Shown here: piece by piece, positions 39,521 to 51,500 of the stretch
Layout of the letters: each line of letters begins with the position of its first letter
Position numbering within the stretch: the stretch's first letter is position 1
DNA from: Eledone cirrhosa
Lineage: Eukaryota
Direction of reading: 5' to 3'
Length of the DNA: 64,000 bases
Assembly (NCBI GenBank): GCA_964016885.1
Contig: OZ024755.1
Coordinates: 22,444,001-22,508,000, forward strand
Position numbers and translations under genes: made by a program
Notes under the pieces: generated by a model
Told to the model about the DNA's origin: nothing
The model's database searches: none
Seen by the model: the letters and a program-made list of their open reading frames with translations, nothing else

Positions 39521-39649
39521 AGCAAGACAAGAGCATCAATTCATTTAGAATCAATGCTAAGTTACATCCAGTTGTTTTCCACACAGAGAGCTATAAACAA
39601 AGGAAAGCCATTGTTCCAGCATCTACCAGGTATCTATGACTAGAAGTTG

Positions 39650-39795
39650 CAGGTAGATTTAAAGAAGTATCCATGTTCCCAAGCCATATTTCTAAAGATA
39701 CAGGTGGATTTAAAGGAAGTGTTCATATTCCCAAGCCATATCACTAGAAGGTACAGATGGATTTAAAGGAAGTATCCATGTTCCCAAGCCATATT
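39650..39795. repeat. ~52-bp tandem repeat x3
   Basis: Unit cagg/atgatttaaagg.aagt.tccat.ttcccaagccatat. Confidence 0.8.
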
Positions 39796-39977
39796 GCAGT
39801 AACAAAGTGATGTCAGGAGTTTATGATTTCATCTGATTTAACAACAAATGTCCTGATTTGTTGGGTTTATGGTGCATTGAGAAGGCAATATGGAGTAGGT
39901 TTCATAAGATTCAACAGTTCATAGTTAAGAACTAACCCACTAAGCAATAATTATCATATCTTGATATTTCAGATTAA

Positions 39978-40219
39978 CCCTTTTAATACCAAACCATCTG
40001 AATCCATCCTGGTTATATGATATACAAAATTGTTTGCTTTAAAGTGTTTATATTTATCTAAAAATCTTCCACCATGATTTTATGTAAGAATTTTGTTGTG
40101 TTCCAAACACCAGCTTAATAATAAGAAAGTTGGTTTATATTACCAAGTCCCTGAAAATTCTTGATTATTTTCAAAATTATTTGAAAATCATAGTCATTAG
40201 AAATACAGTAATGAAAGGG
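39978..40219. mobile_element. TTAA-flanked MITE (piggyBac/Kolobok-like)
   Basis: TTAA|cccttttaatac ... gtaatgaaaggg|TTAA. Confidence 0.65.
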
Positions 40220-41109
40220 TTAAGAAAAATTTGCTTGAGCCAATCACAGACTAATCTAATTGATAATGAACACAGCAAAACAATATCCATTCACTGTTTG
40301 TTTCAAAACTGTTTTTATGAATCTTATCTACATTTAACTATTATTTTATAGAAAAGTTTTAATACACAATTGAAATACAATGGTGTCTGAATTTTGATAG
40401 TCTGTAATCCATTGAAATTGAAAGAGTAACTTGAATATGTTTGACTCTTTTAACATTGGTTGTTTATAAACACAAAATACTGACTACAATCATTTTAATT
40501 TGTCATGAAGATAGAAGACTCTATTGTGAGACAAGACAGATCAGGTGACTGTGTCTTACTCATACAGAACCATTTCTGGCTTGGTTTCGACAGCTGGATG
40601 CCCTTTCTGAATGGCGACCACATCTACAGCATGGACTGGGTGCTTTTTGTCTCCAGAAACACTTTATTCATATCAGATTAAATAAATGTTCAATTTTATG
40701 CTATCTCTGACCAATCTATCTAAAACTAGGCCTGCTAGAACTAACAGCCAAATTTCTCTCAAATCACACATTCTGCTATTTTTTAAAAGGAAAGAAGTGT
40801 TGAATAATATACTTTTCACATACACAATTCCCCAAAATAAAGGACAGGATGGTTAAAGCTGGAATGCTTTTAACCATAAGTCTGATCAATGAAGGTTGAG
40901 ATATTTTTTTAATTGTTTTTGTCTGGAAGAAAAGATTGTACCGTTGGCTTCAAAGACCTGCAAAACCTGTGACCTAGGGTTAAACAAGAAGAAAATGATT
41001 TTTAGAATACTAAAACAGTTACTATATATATACATGTATGGTCCAATCATGCAGGGAAAAAGATGTTAAATGATGATGAAGGTGATATATATATCTCTAC
41101 ATCTAGGGC

Positions 41110-41445
41110 AGGTACAATTCCCGAGATCCATAGACAAGTTCTCTCCAGCGGTCTCTGCCTTCATCATCACCACTATATCCTGCGTCTTCCAGAGACCACT
41201 GTCTCTACTTAGGGCATCAACATGTCATCCTCAGTCTCCCAATTCCAGTGTGTCTGTCTAGGGGCTCCCACAGGATCACTGAGTGCAGTGTCAACTCTGA
41301 ATGTCGGTGAGCATGTGCAGCAGCTAACATTCAAGCTGACTTTTGGGAGGCTCCGATATAGCTCTGAGATTTTCATCCTCAGTGCATACTGATTAATGTT
41401 CAAAGCCATCCTCAGCATCCTCATGTAGCACCCATTCACCATTAT
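41110..41445 (-). mobile_element. RTE-X LINE 3' remnant
   Basis: VNGCYMRMLRMALNI..ELYRSLPKVS matches RTE-X LDGCYTRMLRMALNISW..ELYG.LPKVS. Confidence 0.75.
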
Positions 41446-41680
41446 TGCATGATATATATTTCTGTTACATCGTTATTCATGTGTGTATATATATATACAT
41501 ATATATATATATAGTAAGGTGCATTATTGGTTGTGTAAAATGGTCCAATAATTTTATGTTAGCAATATTAAGTTCTCCACGCTTTTGTATATCTCCAATT
41601 CCATTCGAGGGAACAGCTAGATTATGTAAAACGGAGTATAAGTATCAAAATGAAAATCCGAAGGCAAGGTAAAATTCCAA

Positions 41681-41768
41681 TCATTTAATCACGACACATG
41701 TTTCAATAAGAGATAGATCGATTGTGAAGCCATGATCGATTATCACTGATCTCATCAGGTGAAAATGA
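41681..41768 (-). ncRNA. Type I hammerhead ribozyme motif (left arm)
   Basis: Exact reverse complement of the motif at 41824-41911. Confidence 0.75.
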
Positions 41769-41823
41769 ATTGTCTTCAAATTCTTGATATGAGGAAGAAA
41801 AAAAAAAAGAATTTGAAGACAAT

Positions 41824-41911
41824 TCATTTTCACCTGATGAGATCAGTGATAATCGATCATGGCTTCACAATCGATCTATCTCTTATTGAAACATGTGTCG
41901 TGATTAAATGA
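41824..41911 (+). ncRNA. Type I hammerhead ribozyme motif (right arm)
   Basis: ucauuu-ucac CUGAUGA (41834-41840), long stem II, GAAA (41888-41891), caugug, UC, then guga-uu-aaauga. Predicted cleavage after C41899. Confidence 0.75.
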
Positions 41912-42917
41912 TTGGAATTTTACCTTACCTTCGGATTTTCATTTTGATATATATATATATATATATATATATGGTCCAACCCTTGATAGCAGGGAAAACG
42001 GAAGTTAAATGTATGTATGTATATATGTGATGATGATGATACATATATATATGTATATGTTGATAAGTTGATATATATGCATATATATATATATATATTG
42101 ATGGGTTGATATATATGTATCTATGTATATATATATATATATCAACCCATCAAACATGGAAAACAACATAAAATGGACGTGCTTAATTATTCTGTTTTGG
42201 TGGGCCTTAGATTTTTAGCACCAAATAAAAACCAAAAGAAACAAGTATTGTTATGTACACTCCCAAATGCTTTAGAAAATACATATTTTATTTTGTCTCA
42301 TTTATGTTCCTAATATTATAAATTATTTATATATTTGCTGCTAATTTTACGCCCACACTCATGTACACAGACACACATATACATAGACACATTTACATAG
42401 ACACACATATACACCCACACATGTATTAATCATTGAGATATATGATCTATTGCTTGTTGGAGGTGGGTTGACTGTGAGAAAATTTTATTAGACTAACCTC
42501 CTCACACATACATTATATACATGCCCACACATACACACACACACAGATACACATACATATACAGACACCCTATTACACACACACACACCCACACACATAT
42601 GCATATACACCACATTATACACATACACACATGGGAGTGTGATGACTGAATAGATAATATATGGGACTACTAACATATAGGTATTGAGTTCAACTCTGTT
42701 AGAGAGAGAAGGTGGCTGCATGATTTATCTTTCATCTGGTTAATGGCATCAAACCTAAAGCAAACACCACCTATCAAATCTCTTAGAGCCTTAGTCATTT
42801 TATATTTTATATATTTTATAATTACAGGTCTGCTGGTGTTTCTATGTGCATATGCTTTGAATGTGCATGTGTGTGTTTTCTGTGTGTGTGTGTGTGAAGG
42901 ATTTGTAATATTTATAT

Positions 42918-43265
42918 GGAGGCACATGGCTTAGTGGTTAGAGCATTGGCCTTGCAATCGAAAGGTTGTGAGTTCAATTCTCAGACCGGGTGATGTGTTG
43001 TTTCCTTGAGCAAGACACTTTATTTCACATTGCTCCAGTTTACTCAGCTGTAGAAATGAGATGATAGGGACTGGGGTCCTTATCATTCCACTGCAAAAGT
43101 GGTTGTGGAGGTGCTATGGCAAAAAAGCACCCAGCACTCACTGTAAATGAGGTTGGTGTTAGGAAGGGCATCCAGCTGTAGAAATCAAGCCAGAATCAGT
43201 TCCCGTCCCACCCTTGCAAGCAGGGAAAAAGCAGACGTAAAATGAATTGATGATGATGATGATGA
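42918..43265 (+). mobile_element. SINE family B
   Basis: Full-length copy. Confidence 0.9.
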
Positions 43266-43579
43266 TATGTATGTGCAAACAAAGAAAGCATTAAAATCCA
43301 AGGAAACTAGTACCAGTCTCGATGGGCCGAAATTCAGCTCCATGAAATGCCCAAAACAGTAGAAGGTCTCTACTTTCAATGTTAAGCAGGGTCTTAGCTG
43401 AGACTTTGGAAAAAATTTCTTGTCTGAAGAGAAAAAAGATCTTTAATGATGATGAGGTATATATACATATATACATTCCATATATATATATAGTGCAAAT
43501 TTATACGGGAACAAAACAGAGAGGCAGACAAATAAAGGTTTATTAGGTTCACGCTTTTGAGAGAGGGGGGGGGGGGGGG

Positions 43580-43606
43580 CGTTTCGGGCAAAAGCCCTTC
43601 TTCAGG
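43580..43606 (-). ncRNA. Minimal hammerhead core disrupted by a poly-C run
   Basis: Minus strand: c CUGAAGA a gggc uuuu gccc GAAA cg, then (C)n where UH should be. AAUAAA lies downstream. Confidence 0.5.
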
Positions 43607-43777
43607 AGAAAATAGGTTAGAAAGAGAGTTCAGAGGGTGTGTGGAAATACATTTAGAAAAAAGGGGGAAGGAGAACAAATAAAAATAAAATAAAATATAT
43701 ATATATTATTCAAAATATTAATAAATGAAAAATATTCCTGTAGTGAATTGAATAATCAAAACCGTAGCAGTATGTCA

Positions 43778-43873
43778 CATAACCAATCTCTCATATATTT
43801 TATCTGATGAAAACATACTGAAACACCATTGTACCTTTGAAATATGTATAATAAAATATATATTTTGGTTATG
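43778..43873 (+). ncRNA. Type I hammerhead ribozyme motif
   Basis: 11-bp stem I (43793-43803 with 43851-43861) plus extension cauaaccaa/uugguuaug. CUGAUGA 43804-43810, GAAA 43839-43842, stem III ua(ug)ua, UA 43849-43850. Confidence 0.7.
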
Positions 43874-43991
43874 AGAATATTTTTCATTTATTAATATTTT
43901 GAATAATATTAAATACTCCAGAAAAATTTCTGCCGAGTGCTTCTAATCTATTGTAAAATTGTATTCGAACAAACTTTGGTTATATATATAT

Positions 43992-43992
<1 letters not shown>

Positions 43993-44024
<32 letters not shown>

Positions 44025-45390
44025 GTTTAACGTCCATCTTCTACGCTTGCATGGGTTTGGACGGGAGTTTTCCCACTTGAGGCAAGATTTGTTGTCCTGC
44101 TTGTATAGGACTGTCTGGCAGGTTTTCTACGGCTGGATGCCCTTCCTAACACCAACCACGTTTACAGTGTGGACTGGGAGGTTTTTACCGTGTTACCTAC
44201 ACGGCCACATTACAGCGTGGACTGTGTGTTTTTTTTGTCGTGACACCTACACAACCTCATTTGTTTCGGACTGGATATTGTGGTACCAACATAACTGCAC
44301 ATTTAAGGGGGTGGTATGGATGGGGTGGGGGTAGTGGGACGGGGGGGGGGGGGGTATTTTGTTAGAGGTGCCTACTGACTGTAGGTTTCGCTTTGTACTT
44401 AGGCAAGGCGGGTTTTCTGTATGACTGTGTAGCGCCAAAGATCTCGGTCCATTGTCTTGGAGAGGTGTAAGTGTGTGAGGTCGGAATTTATCAAGTCGTC
44501 CCATGTTTTCCGTGGCTACCGTCTATTTTTATTGCTCTGCACTTTTTTATACAGCTGTCGTCTTTCATGCGCATCACGTGACCATACCAACGTAGTCTTC
44601 TCTCAAGTAAAGAACATCTGATCCCTCTTATTCCTAATTTCTCACTTAGTTCGTTTATGCTTTGCCGTTCACGTATATTACTATTACACATCCAGCAGAG
44701 CATGCAAGCTTCGTTTCTCTCCAGTCTGCGTATATCCTCTGCACACAATGCCCAGGTCTCACTGCCATGTAACATTGCTGTTCGTATGCAGGCATCATAC
44801 AGCCTGCCTTTCATTTTTAGAGAGAACCCTTTAGCGGCCAATAGTGGTATAAGCTCTCTGAACTTTTTCCATCCCGTTCTGACTCTAGCTACTGTACTTT
44901 CAGAGCACCCTCCCCCACTGCTGATTTTGTCACCCAGGTAACGAAAGATGTCCACTATTTCTATAGAACCATCTGTGCAATGGAATGAGCTAGTATTCTG
45001 TGGGCACTCGCTGCTACTTATTGCACCAGAGCACCGGCCACATATAAAATCTATATTCTTAGTTAGCTTACCTGTGATCCCACTACATCTTTTATGCGCC
45101 CATACTTTGCATTTGGGACATAAAATGGAGTTTCTGCCTACTCCTTTCCTACACACTGAGCATGGCCATTTACCAGATGGGACCAGTGCCCTATTTTCCT
45201 TCCTACAAACTAGAACTTTAGTCTTAGACAAGTTAACTTTAAGGCCTTTTGATTCTAGGCCTTGCTTCCATGTTTGGAATTTCTTCTCTAGTTCAGCCAT
45301 TGATTCAGCTATGAGCGTTAGATATAGGAGTTCCCATGGGCAGCCGGTCTTGAACTCCTCTGTTATAGCCTGAAGGGCAATAATAAAATA
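43993..45390 (-). mobile_element. 5'-truncated RTE LINE (RT C-half with Cys-rich PHD-like insert, 3' UTR, (ATG)n tail)
   Basis: ORF 44491-45300: GLKVNLSKTKV..CSVC..CPKC..HKRC..CGRC..FRYLG..MLHGSETW..RRLRWYGHVMRM. Flanked by (TA)n on both sides. Confidence 0.92.
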
Positions 45391-45391
45391 A

Positions 45392-45436
<45 letters not shown>

Positions 45437-45541
45437 CCAAAGTTTATTCGGTTCGTTGATTATTCAACGAATACAATTTTACAATAGATTAGAAGCACTC
45501 GGCAGAAATTTTTCTGGAGTATTTAATATTATTCAAAATAT

Positions 45542-46043
45542 TCATCATGGTCCAAGGCAAAACATGGATGGATAGTAATGTCTTGTTCATATATTCCGTA
45601 TATATATGGAATATATATGTATATATATTCCCCATATATATAATGAATATATATATATGGAATGTATATATATATATATTCCCCATATATATAATGAATA
45701 TATATATATGGAATGTATATATATATATATATTCCCCATATATATAATGAATATATATATATGGAATGTATATATATATATGGAATATATATGTATATAT
45801 ATATATGGAATATATATGTATATATATTCCCCATATATATAATGAATATATATATATGGAATGTATATATATACATTCCATATATATATATTAATTATAT
45901 ATATATGGAATATATATATACATTCCATATATATATATTCATTATATATATGGGGAATATATATACATGTATATTCCATATATATATGGAATATATGAGC
46001 AAGACATTACTATCCATCCATGTTTTGCCTTGGACCATGATGA
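45542..46043. repeat. ~500-bp fold-back: unique outer arms around an inverted AT-rich satellite
   Basis: tcatcatggtccaaggcaaaacatggatggatagtaatgtcttg / caagacattactatccatccatgttttgccttggaccatgatga; inversion centre near 45890. Confidence 0.85.
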
Positions 46044-46436
46044 TCCATTCAATGTATGCCTGCAGGGAAATCAGATATAAAATCATGATGATGATGATGA
46101 TGATATATATGTGTGTGTGTGTCACTGTTTGTTTACTGTTTACTTATAACCTGTAACTTAGCAATTTGACAAATAGACATCGATAGAATAAGTACCAGAC
46201 ATGAAAAATAAGCACTCAGGTCAATATGTTTGACTAAGCTTCCTTGCCCCAGCATGACCACAGACCAGTGACTAAACGAAATAAAAGAATACATAAATAA
46301 AACTGAGAATATGAAGTTAAGATTTAGACCAATCTCTGTGAGGAACTTGGAAACACAGAAATATATTAGACATGGTATGGTGTTCCAAGAATATGTAGTT
46401 CTATTCAATTACTTTGCTCTGATACATTGAATATTT

Positions 46437-46870
46437 GAGGTGTGTGGCCTAGTGGTAAAGGTGTTGGACTTGTGATCATAATTTTGTGGGTTTAATTCCT
46501 GGACTGGGTTGTGTCTTGTGTGAAGATATGTGTCCTAATGGTAAGGGTATTGGGCTTACAACCATAATGTCGTGGTTTCAATTCCTTTGTTTGGGTTGTG
46601 TGAAGATATGTCTCCTAATGGTAAGGGTATTGGACTTACAACCATAATGTCGTGGTTTCAATTCCTTTGTTTGGGTTGTGTGTTATGTTATTGAGCAAAA
46701 CACTTCATTTCACATTGCTTCAATATACTCAGCTGAAAATGACGTGGTACCAGCAGTAGCTGGCTTCCTGTACAGTGGGGAGTCTTGCACTCTCAGTCAC
46801 TGAACGCCATGGAAATCGGGATAAGTACCGGCCTGATTAGCTATCTGGCTCAAGACAGACTTTAGACTTG
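46437..46870 (+). mobile_element. SINE family C with triplicated tRNA head
   Basis: Three A/B-box heads (~46437, 46520, 46598) precede one CORE-like body. Confidence 0.7.
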
Positions 46871-47969
46871 TTATATGTCTGCTATTAGTTCACCAACTGA
46901 TATGATACCTACCAACATCCTTACAGACTTTAATAATTTGGCTATTTAACACTCAGAAAAATACAAGCATTCTGTTATATTTTTCAACCAGTTTCAATAT
47001 ATTACTTTGCTGTATATACTGTATGTATGTTGTATTATTGGAAAAAAAATTTTTTCAAAAACAGCAGCAATTATTTTTCTATGACAAGCTAATAAATGAT
47101 CTGTACAATTGGTATAGTCTCTTAAGATGTTAAAACACACCCTGTTTGAATTAGAAAATAATGTCTGTAGAAAATTAAGCACCATGGATACATTTCACAT
47201 GATATTAAGAATAATTCTATCAGCAATTGTTCGCTCAGGAAATCTCTAGATAATTAAATAAATGTATATTTATATAAAAATTTTGGTTTTGTTGCTTTAA
47301 TTGGCTGCAATGGAATTTGTTAGATGAAAAGTTTGTTGTAACAAAAACAGAATTGTGTAATTTCCATGGTTGTCATCCTCACCATCAAAAGCAGTAGTAG
47401 TATCAGCTGCATCATTAGTACCCTTAACTATCTTATAGCTTTAAGCTGGATTAAAATCTTTTTCTCAAGAGAATTGTAAACCTGCAATGTCTGTAAGAAT
47501 TAAAGTCAATTAAATTGCCACTCATTCATAGTTCCCCATAGATTGCTTCTTTTTAAACACAATTTTCAACTGAAATAGATATTGTTGGAGAAATTCAAAG
47601 ATGGCTAACTGATTACTATAAGTTGAATCTATTATGAAGAGCTGAGTTATTAAAGTTCTTTATTTGTTTGTTGGATTTTATTGGTTTTGTTTGTTTTGTT
47701 TTTTATATTTTCAACATAAAAAAATGTCTGCAGTTAAATTAATTTATCGTTCGTTATCTTTGATTGAATTGTAATATATTATTATAACAGCACTAACATT
47801 TATTTCTTCCATAATATTCTCCTTCTTGTGTTACCTTGCAAAAGGATGTTTTCATTATTGCTGAATAACATAGATGTTTTGCTATTATTGAGTTGTAGGT
47901 ATTGTCATATTTGTTGTTGTAGTTTAGCTCTCAGTCAGAACCTGTTTAAGCTGATATATATATATTATT

Positions 47970-48087
47970 TAAGTTCAAATCCCGCCGAGGTTGACTTTGC
48001 CTTTCATCCTTACAGGGTCGATAAAATAAAGTACCAGTAATGCACTGGGTAATTGCTGGCCTTGTGCCTAAAGTAGAAACAATTATT
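47970..48087 (+). mobile_element. 5'-truncated SINE family A
   Basis: B box, core and tail. Confidence 0.8.
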
Positions 48088-49774
48088 TAATATGTCTCAT
48101 ATAAAATAATACAGCCAATTATCCACACAATACAATATAGTTAGCACCCCAAACGTTTAATTGGGAATATACTCCGGTATTTCCTGATGTTTGTTGAGTG
48201 AGTTGGAAATTGGTCAGAGTATCGCTAATAGCTTTCTCCATTTATGTATTTATATATATATATATTTATTAAAATAACAGATTAAAGTTCAAGCAAAGAA
48301 TCGCTGCTTTCACCCTTAACGGGATAGCAAAAGTAAAGATATATATTTATAACTCAATTATAAGCTGATGTATATATATATATAGCAAAAGTAAAGATAT
48401 ATATTTATAACTCAATTATATATGGTAGTATATAATTGCCAAACAGTTTAGAAATAGCTCAATGTAATTATATATTGGTCCATAGAAAAAAAAAAATTTT
48501 TTTAGGGAGAAAAAAAGGTTGGAAGGACAGACATAAACTCAGAGCAAATATAATCAAATATATAGATGCTTTAATTTAATATTTTTTTAATTCTTCTGAG
48601 GAGAGTGTTATGTATGGATTTAAATGGTATATATTTAAATTGTTTATATCACTTATACAAATTACACATAACACACTGTCAGTAATTCTGTGTATAAATG
48701 CTGAATTCCATCATGCTCTCAAAACATGTGTAAAGAATTATTATTTGATTATATACAAATATATATATATTTTTATTACAAACAAAACTAGGTTTTTAAA
48801 AGAGGATTCAAGTAAGCCATATATGTTATTAGTATATATTTCATAAATCAGATGTTTAATAAAATAGACAAATAAATAATTAGCACGACAATCATTTGAA
48901 GTCATTACCGTAGAACACACAAAGAATTTAGATCCTTGAAACACTAAAATACCCATAAAGATAAATTATAATATAAATATTTTGTTTTGATCAAAATATT
49001 TACCAAATAATCACTGACATAGTAATCAGAGTTTTGTGTTGATAGTTTAATGTAGTATAGAATAAATGTAAGATTTTAACCAACACAGCATGTGTAAATT
49101 AAACTACATTAAATACACAGGAACCCTGGAGAGGTTTTAAATGCCTAAGAAGTGCTGTATATCATTACTGTGCCCTTATGGCTCCATCAGGAGTTACAGG
49201 TCCATACATACAAATACACAGGACAGTTGTAAACGACTGTCCTTTTATACAGGCTCTCTGTGGACAAAAAAAGAATGAACTGGATTGGTTTCAGTCATAA
49301 ATCTCATCAACAACTGAGCACCTGCCTATCACTGTACACTGAAATATTAATTCATTAAGGGCTGATTTCAGTAAATCAAATAAACAGATTTAGATTTAAT
49401 CTATAGCAATAGATATTTGATCTACTGTCGAGCTTCTGAACATTCACCAGCAGAAGGTGATGTCCAAGCATGGCCACAGACTAATCATTGAACCTACTAA
49501 GAAAAAAAAATGAAATAAAAGAATATATTTACATGTCGATATTTGATTTATTGCTAATGTTTTGTGTTCCAAATATTTACTGTAGCATAGCTGGTGACTG
49601 ATGACAACTATTTGGTGTTATCACCTAGATAGTAAGGGCTGTGTATTGGTTGAATTGGTAGAGCGCCAGATAGAACCAGATAGAATATTTTACAGTATTC
49701 TTTCTGGTGCTATGTGTTCTCAGTTCAAATCCTGCCAGGGTCAATAAAATAAAGCACCAAACAAGTAGTTTTTT

Positions 49775-49935
49775 AAAGTCTGTCTCAAGCCCAGAGGCTC
49801 ATCAGACTGGTGTTTATCCTGGTTTCCATGGCATGAAGTGACTGAGTGTACAAGACTTCCCCTGGACAGGATACCGGTTCATTGCAGGGTTAAACCCCCA
49901 GCTATTGCTGGTACTCATTTTCAGCTGAGTATACT
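49775..49935 (-). mobile_element. SINE family C 3' part
   Basis: Homologous to 6312-6460. Confidence 0.7.
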
Positions 49936-49969
49936 TATTTATATTGGCAGCAACAATGTACAATATGTG

Positions 49970-50135
49970 TACAATAGTATCTAGCCTGGAACACTACTAT
50001 TAGCAACAATATACAATAGTATCTAGCCTGGAACACTACTATTAGCAACAATATACAATAGTATCTAGCCTGGAACACTACTATTAGCAACAATATACAA
50101 TAGTATCTAGCCTGGAACACTACTATTAGCAGCAA
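49970..50135. repeat. 42-bp tandem repeat x4
   Basis: Unit tacaatagtatctagcctggaacactactattagcaacaata. Confidence 0.95.
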
Positions 50136-50362
50136 CCAGACATATATACATATCTAACAATCTGTAGATGTGGTATGGTATATTGAAAATATTATTATTC
50201 AGCTGTAACCAATATTTTGGTGGACTAGACTTATCTTGAGTCAGTATTTTTTCTTGTCATTTAAGGATCCAAGCTACTTAAATTATTGATCCAAGATTAG
50301 CTAAGTGAAGGATATATAAAACTACACCTGATGTACCCCTTCCATACACATGCACACGTGTG

Positions 50363-50617
50363 TATCATGACTCGTGCACTGTTCATTTTACTGATGTTTG
50401 TGCATTGCCCTATGTACTGTACATGCACTTTTTGATGAGTTGTGGTGCACCTGGGCACTGTACACAATATTTCATTATTATTATTATTATTATTATATCA
50501 TGACTCATACACTGTTCATTTTCCTGACACTTGTACATTATTCTATGTACTATACATGCACCTTTGATGAGTTGTAGTGCACCTGAGCACTGTACACAAT
50601 AATTTCATTATTATTAT
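50363..50617 (+). mobile_element. Two tandem ~130-bp retroposon 3' ends with (ATT)n tails
   Basis: Both start atcatgactc and end gcactgtacacaat..ttcattattatt. Family not identified. Confidence 0.55.
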
Positions 50618-50829
50618 AAATAGAGGAAAACATCTGTGGTGTTTAATTTAATTGGATTCCAATGTTGAAATCAATTGAAATAATGATTTCTGATTTAGGC
50701 AGAAGGCCAGCAATTTAGTGGAGGGGAACATCAATTAAATCAACCCCAGTGTAGTACTGGTGTTTTATTTTATTCACCGCCACAGGTTAGAATGGCAAAG
50801 CTATTCTTGGCATGATTTGAACTCAGTAA

Positions 50830-51349
50830 TGCGCCAGCTTCAGCATTCAGTAATCAGAAGGGGGGGGGTAGGTGTAAAAGCCAAACTCGCTGTCTTCAAT
50901 TCGGTATTTGTGCCAACCCTTACCTATGGTCATGAATCTTGGGTAATGACTGAAAGAATACAATTGTGAATACAAGTGACCAAAATGGGGTTCCTCTGAA
51001 AGGTCTTTGGAGTAACATTATTTGATAGAGTGCGTAGTTCAAAGATCAGGGAGTCTCTCCAGGTAGAGCCACTACTTCTCTGAATTGAGAGATCACTTCT
51101 CCAGTACTATGGGCATGTGGTTAGAATTTCTCAAGAAAGAATTGCTGGATTGATTTTAAGGGCAAAACAAACTGACAGTAGACCCAGGGGTAGACCCCGA
51201 GCAAGATGGTTGGATAACATCCATGAGCTTGGCTGGTCTCGCTTGGGGATCCAGCCGGATCAGTTGGAGATGGTTGCTTCTGACAGGACCCACTGGAAGG
51301 GGTGTTTGAGGACTCTGCCTCCCACGATCCTCTCAAGAATAAGTTGGCA

Positions 51350-51350
<1 letters not shown>
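50830..51350 (+). mobile_element. RTE-X LINE 3' fragment
   Basis: KAKLAVFNSVFVPTLTYGHESWVMTERI..YYGHVVRISQERIA..RPRGRPRARWLDNI; several stops. Confidence 0.9.
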
Positions 51351-51381
<31 letters not shown>

Positions 51382-51382
<1 letters not shown>

Positions 51383-51500
51383 TGCACACATATTACAAAA
51401 AGTACTATCAATACAATAGAAACAACATCAGCAAAAACTACACTGCTCATACCCAAGACACACAGAGCTGTGCTCGGTAAAGCCGTAATGATGTATAATA
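51382..51500 (+). mobile_element. R4/Dong-like retrotransposon 3' end inserted in (TAA)n
   Basis: AHILQKVLSIQ* matches the R4/Dong C-terminal TAHILRKVLS motif; (AAT)n on both sides. Confidence 0.6.

Larger units (their letters stand above)
41643..41949. repeat. 143-bp near-perfect inverted repeat (21-nt A-rich spacer) in a (TA)n island
   Basis: Arms 41643-41785 and 41807-41949; one mismatch seen. Confidence 0.95.

Noticed and set aside
48741-48956. 71-aa ORF with vague Penelope RT resemblance
   Set aside because: No diagnostic motif; similarity too weak.
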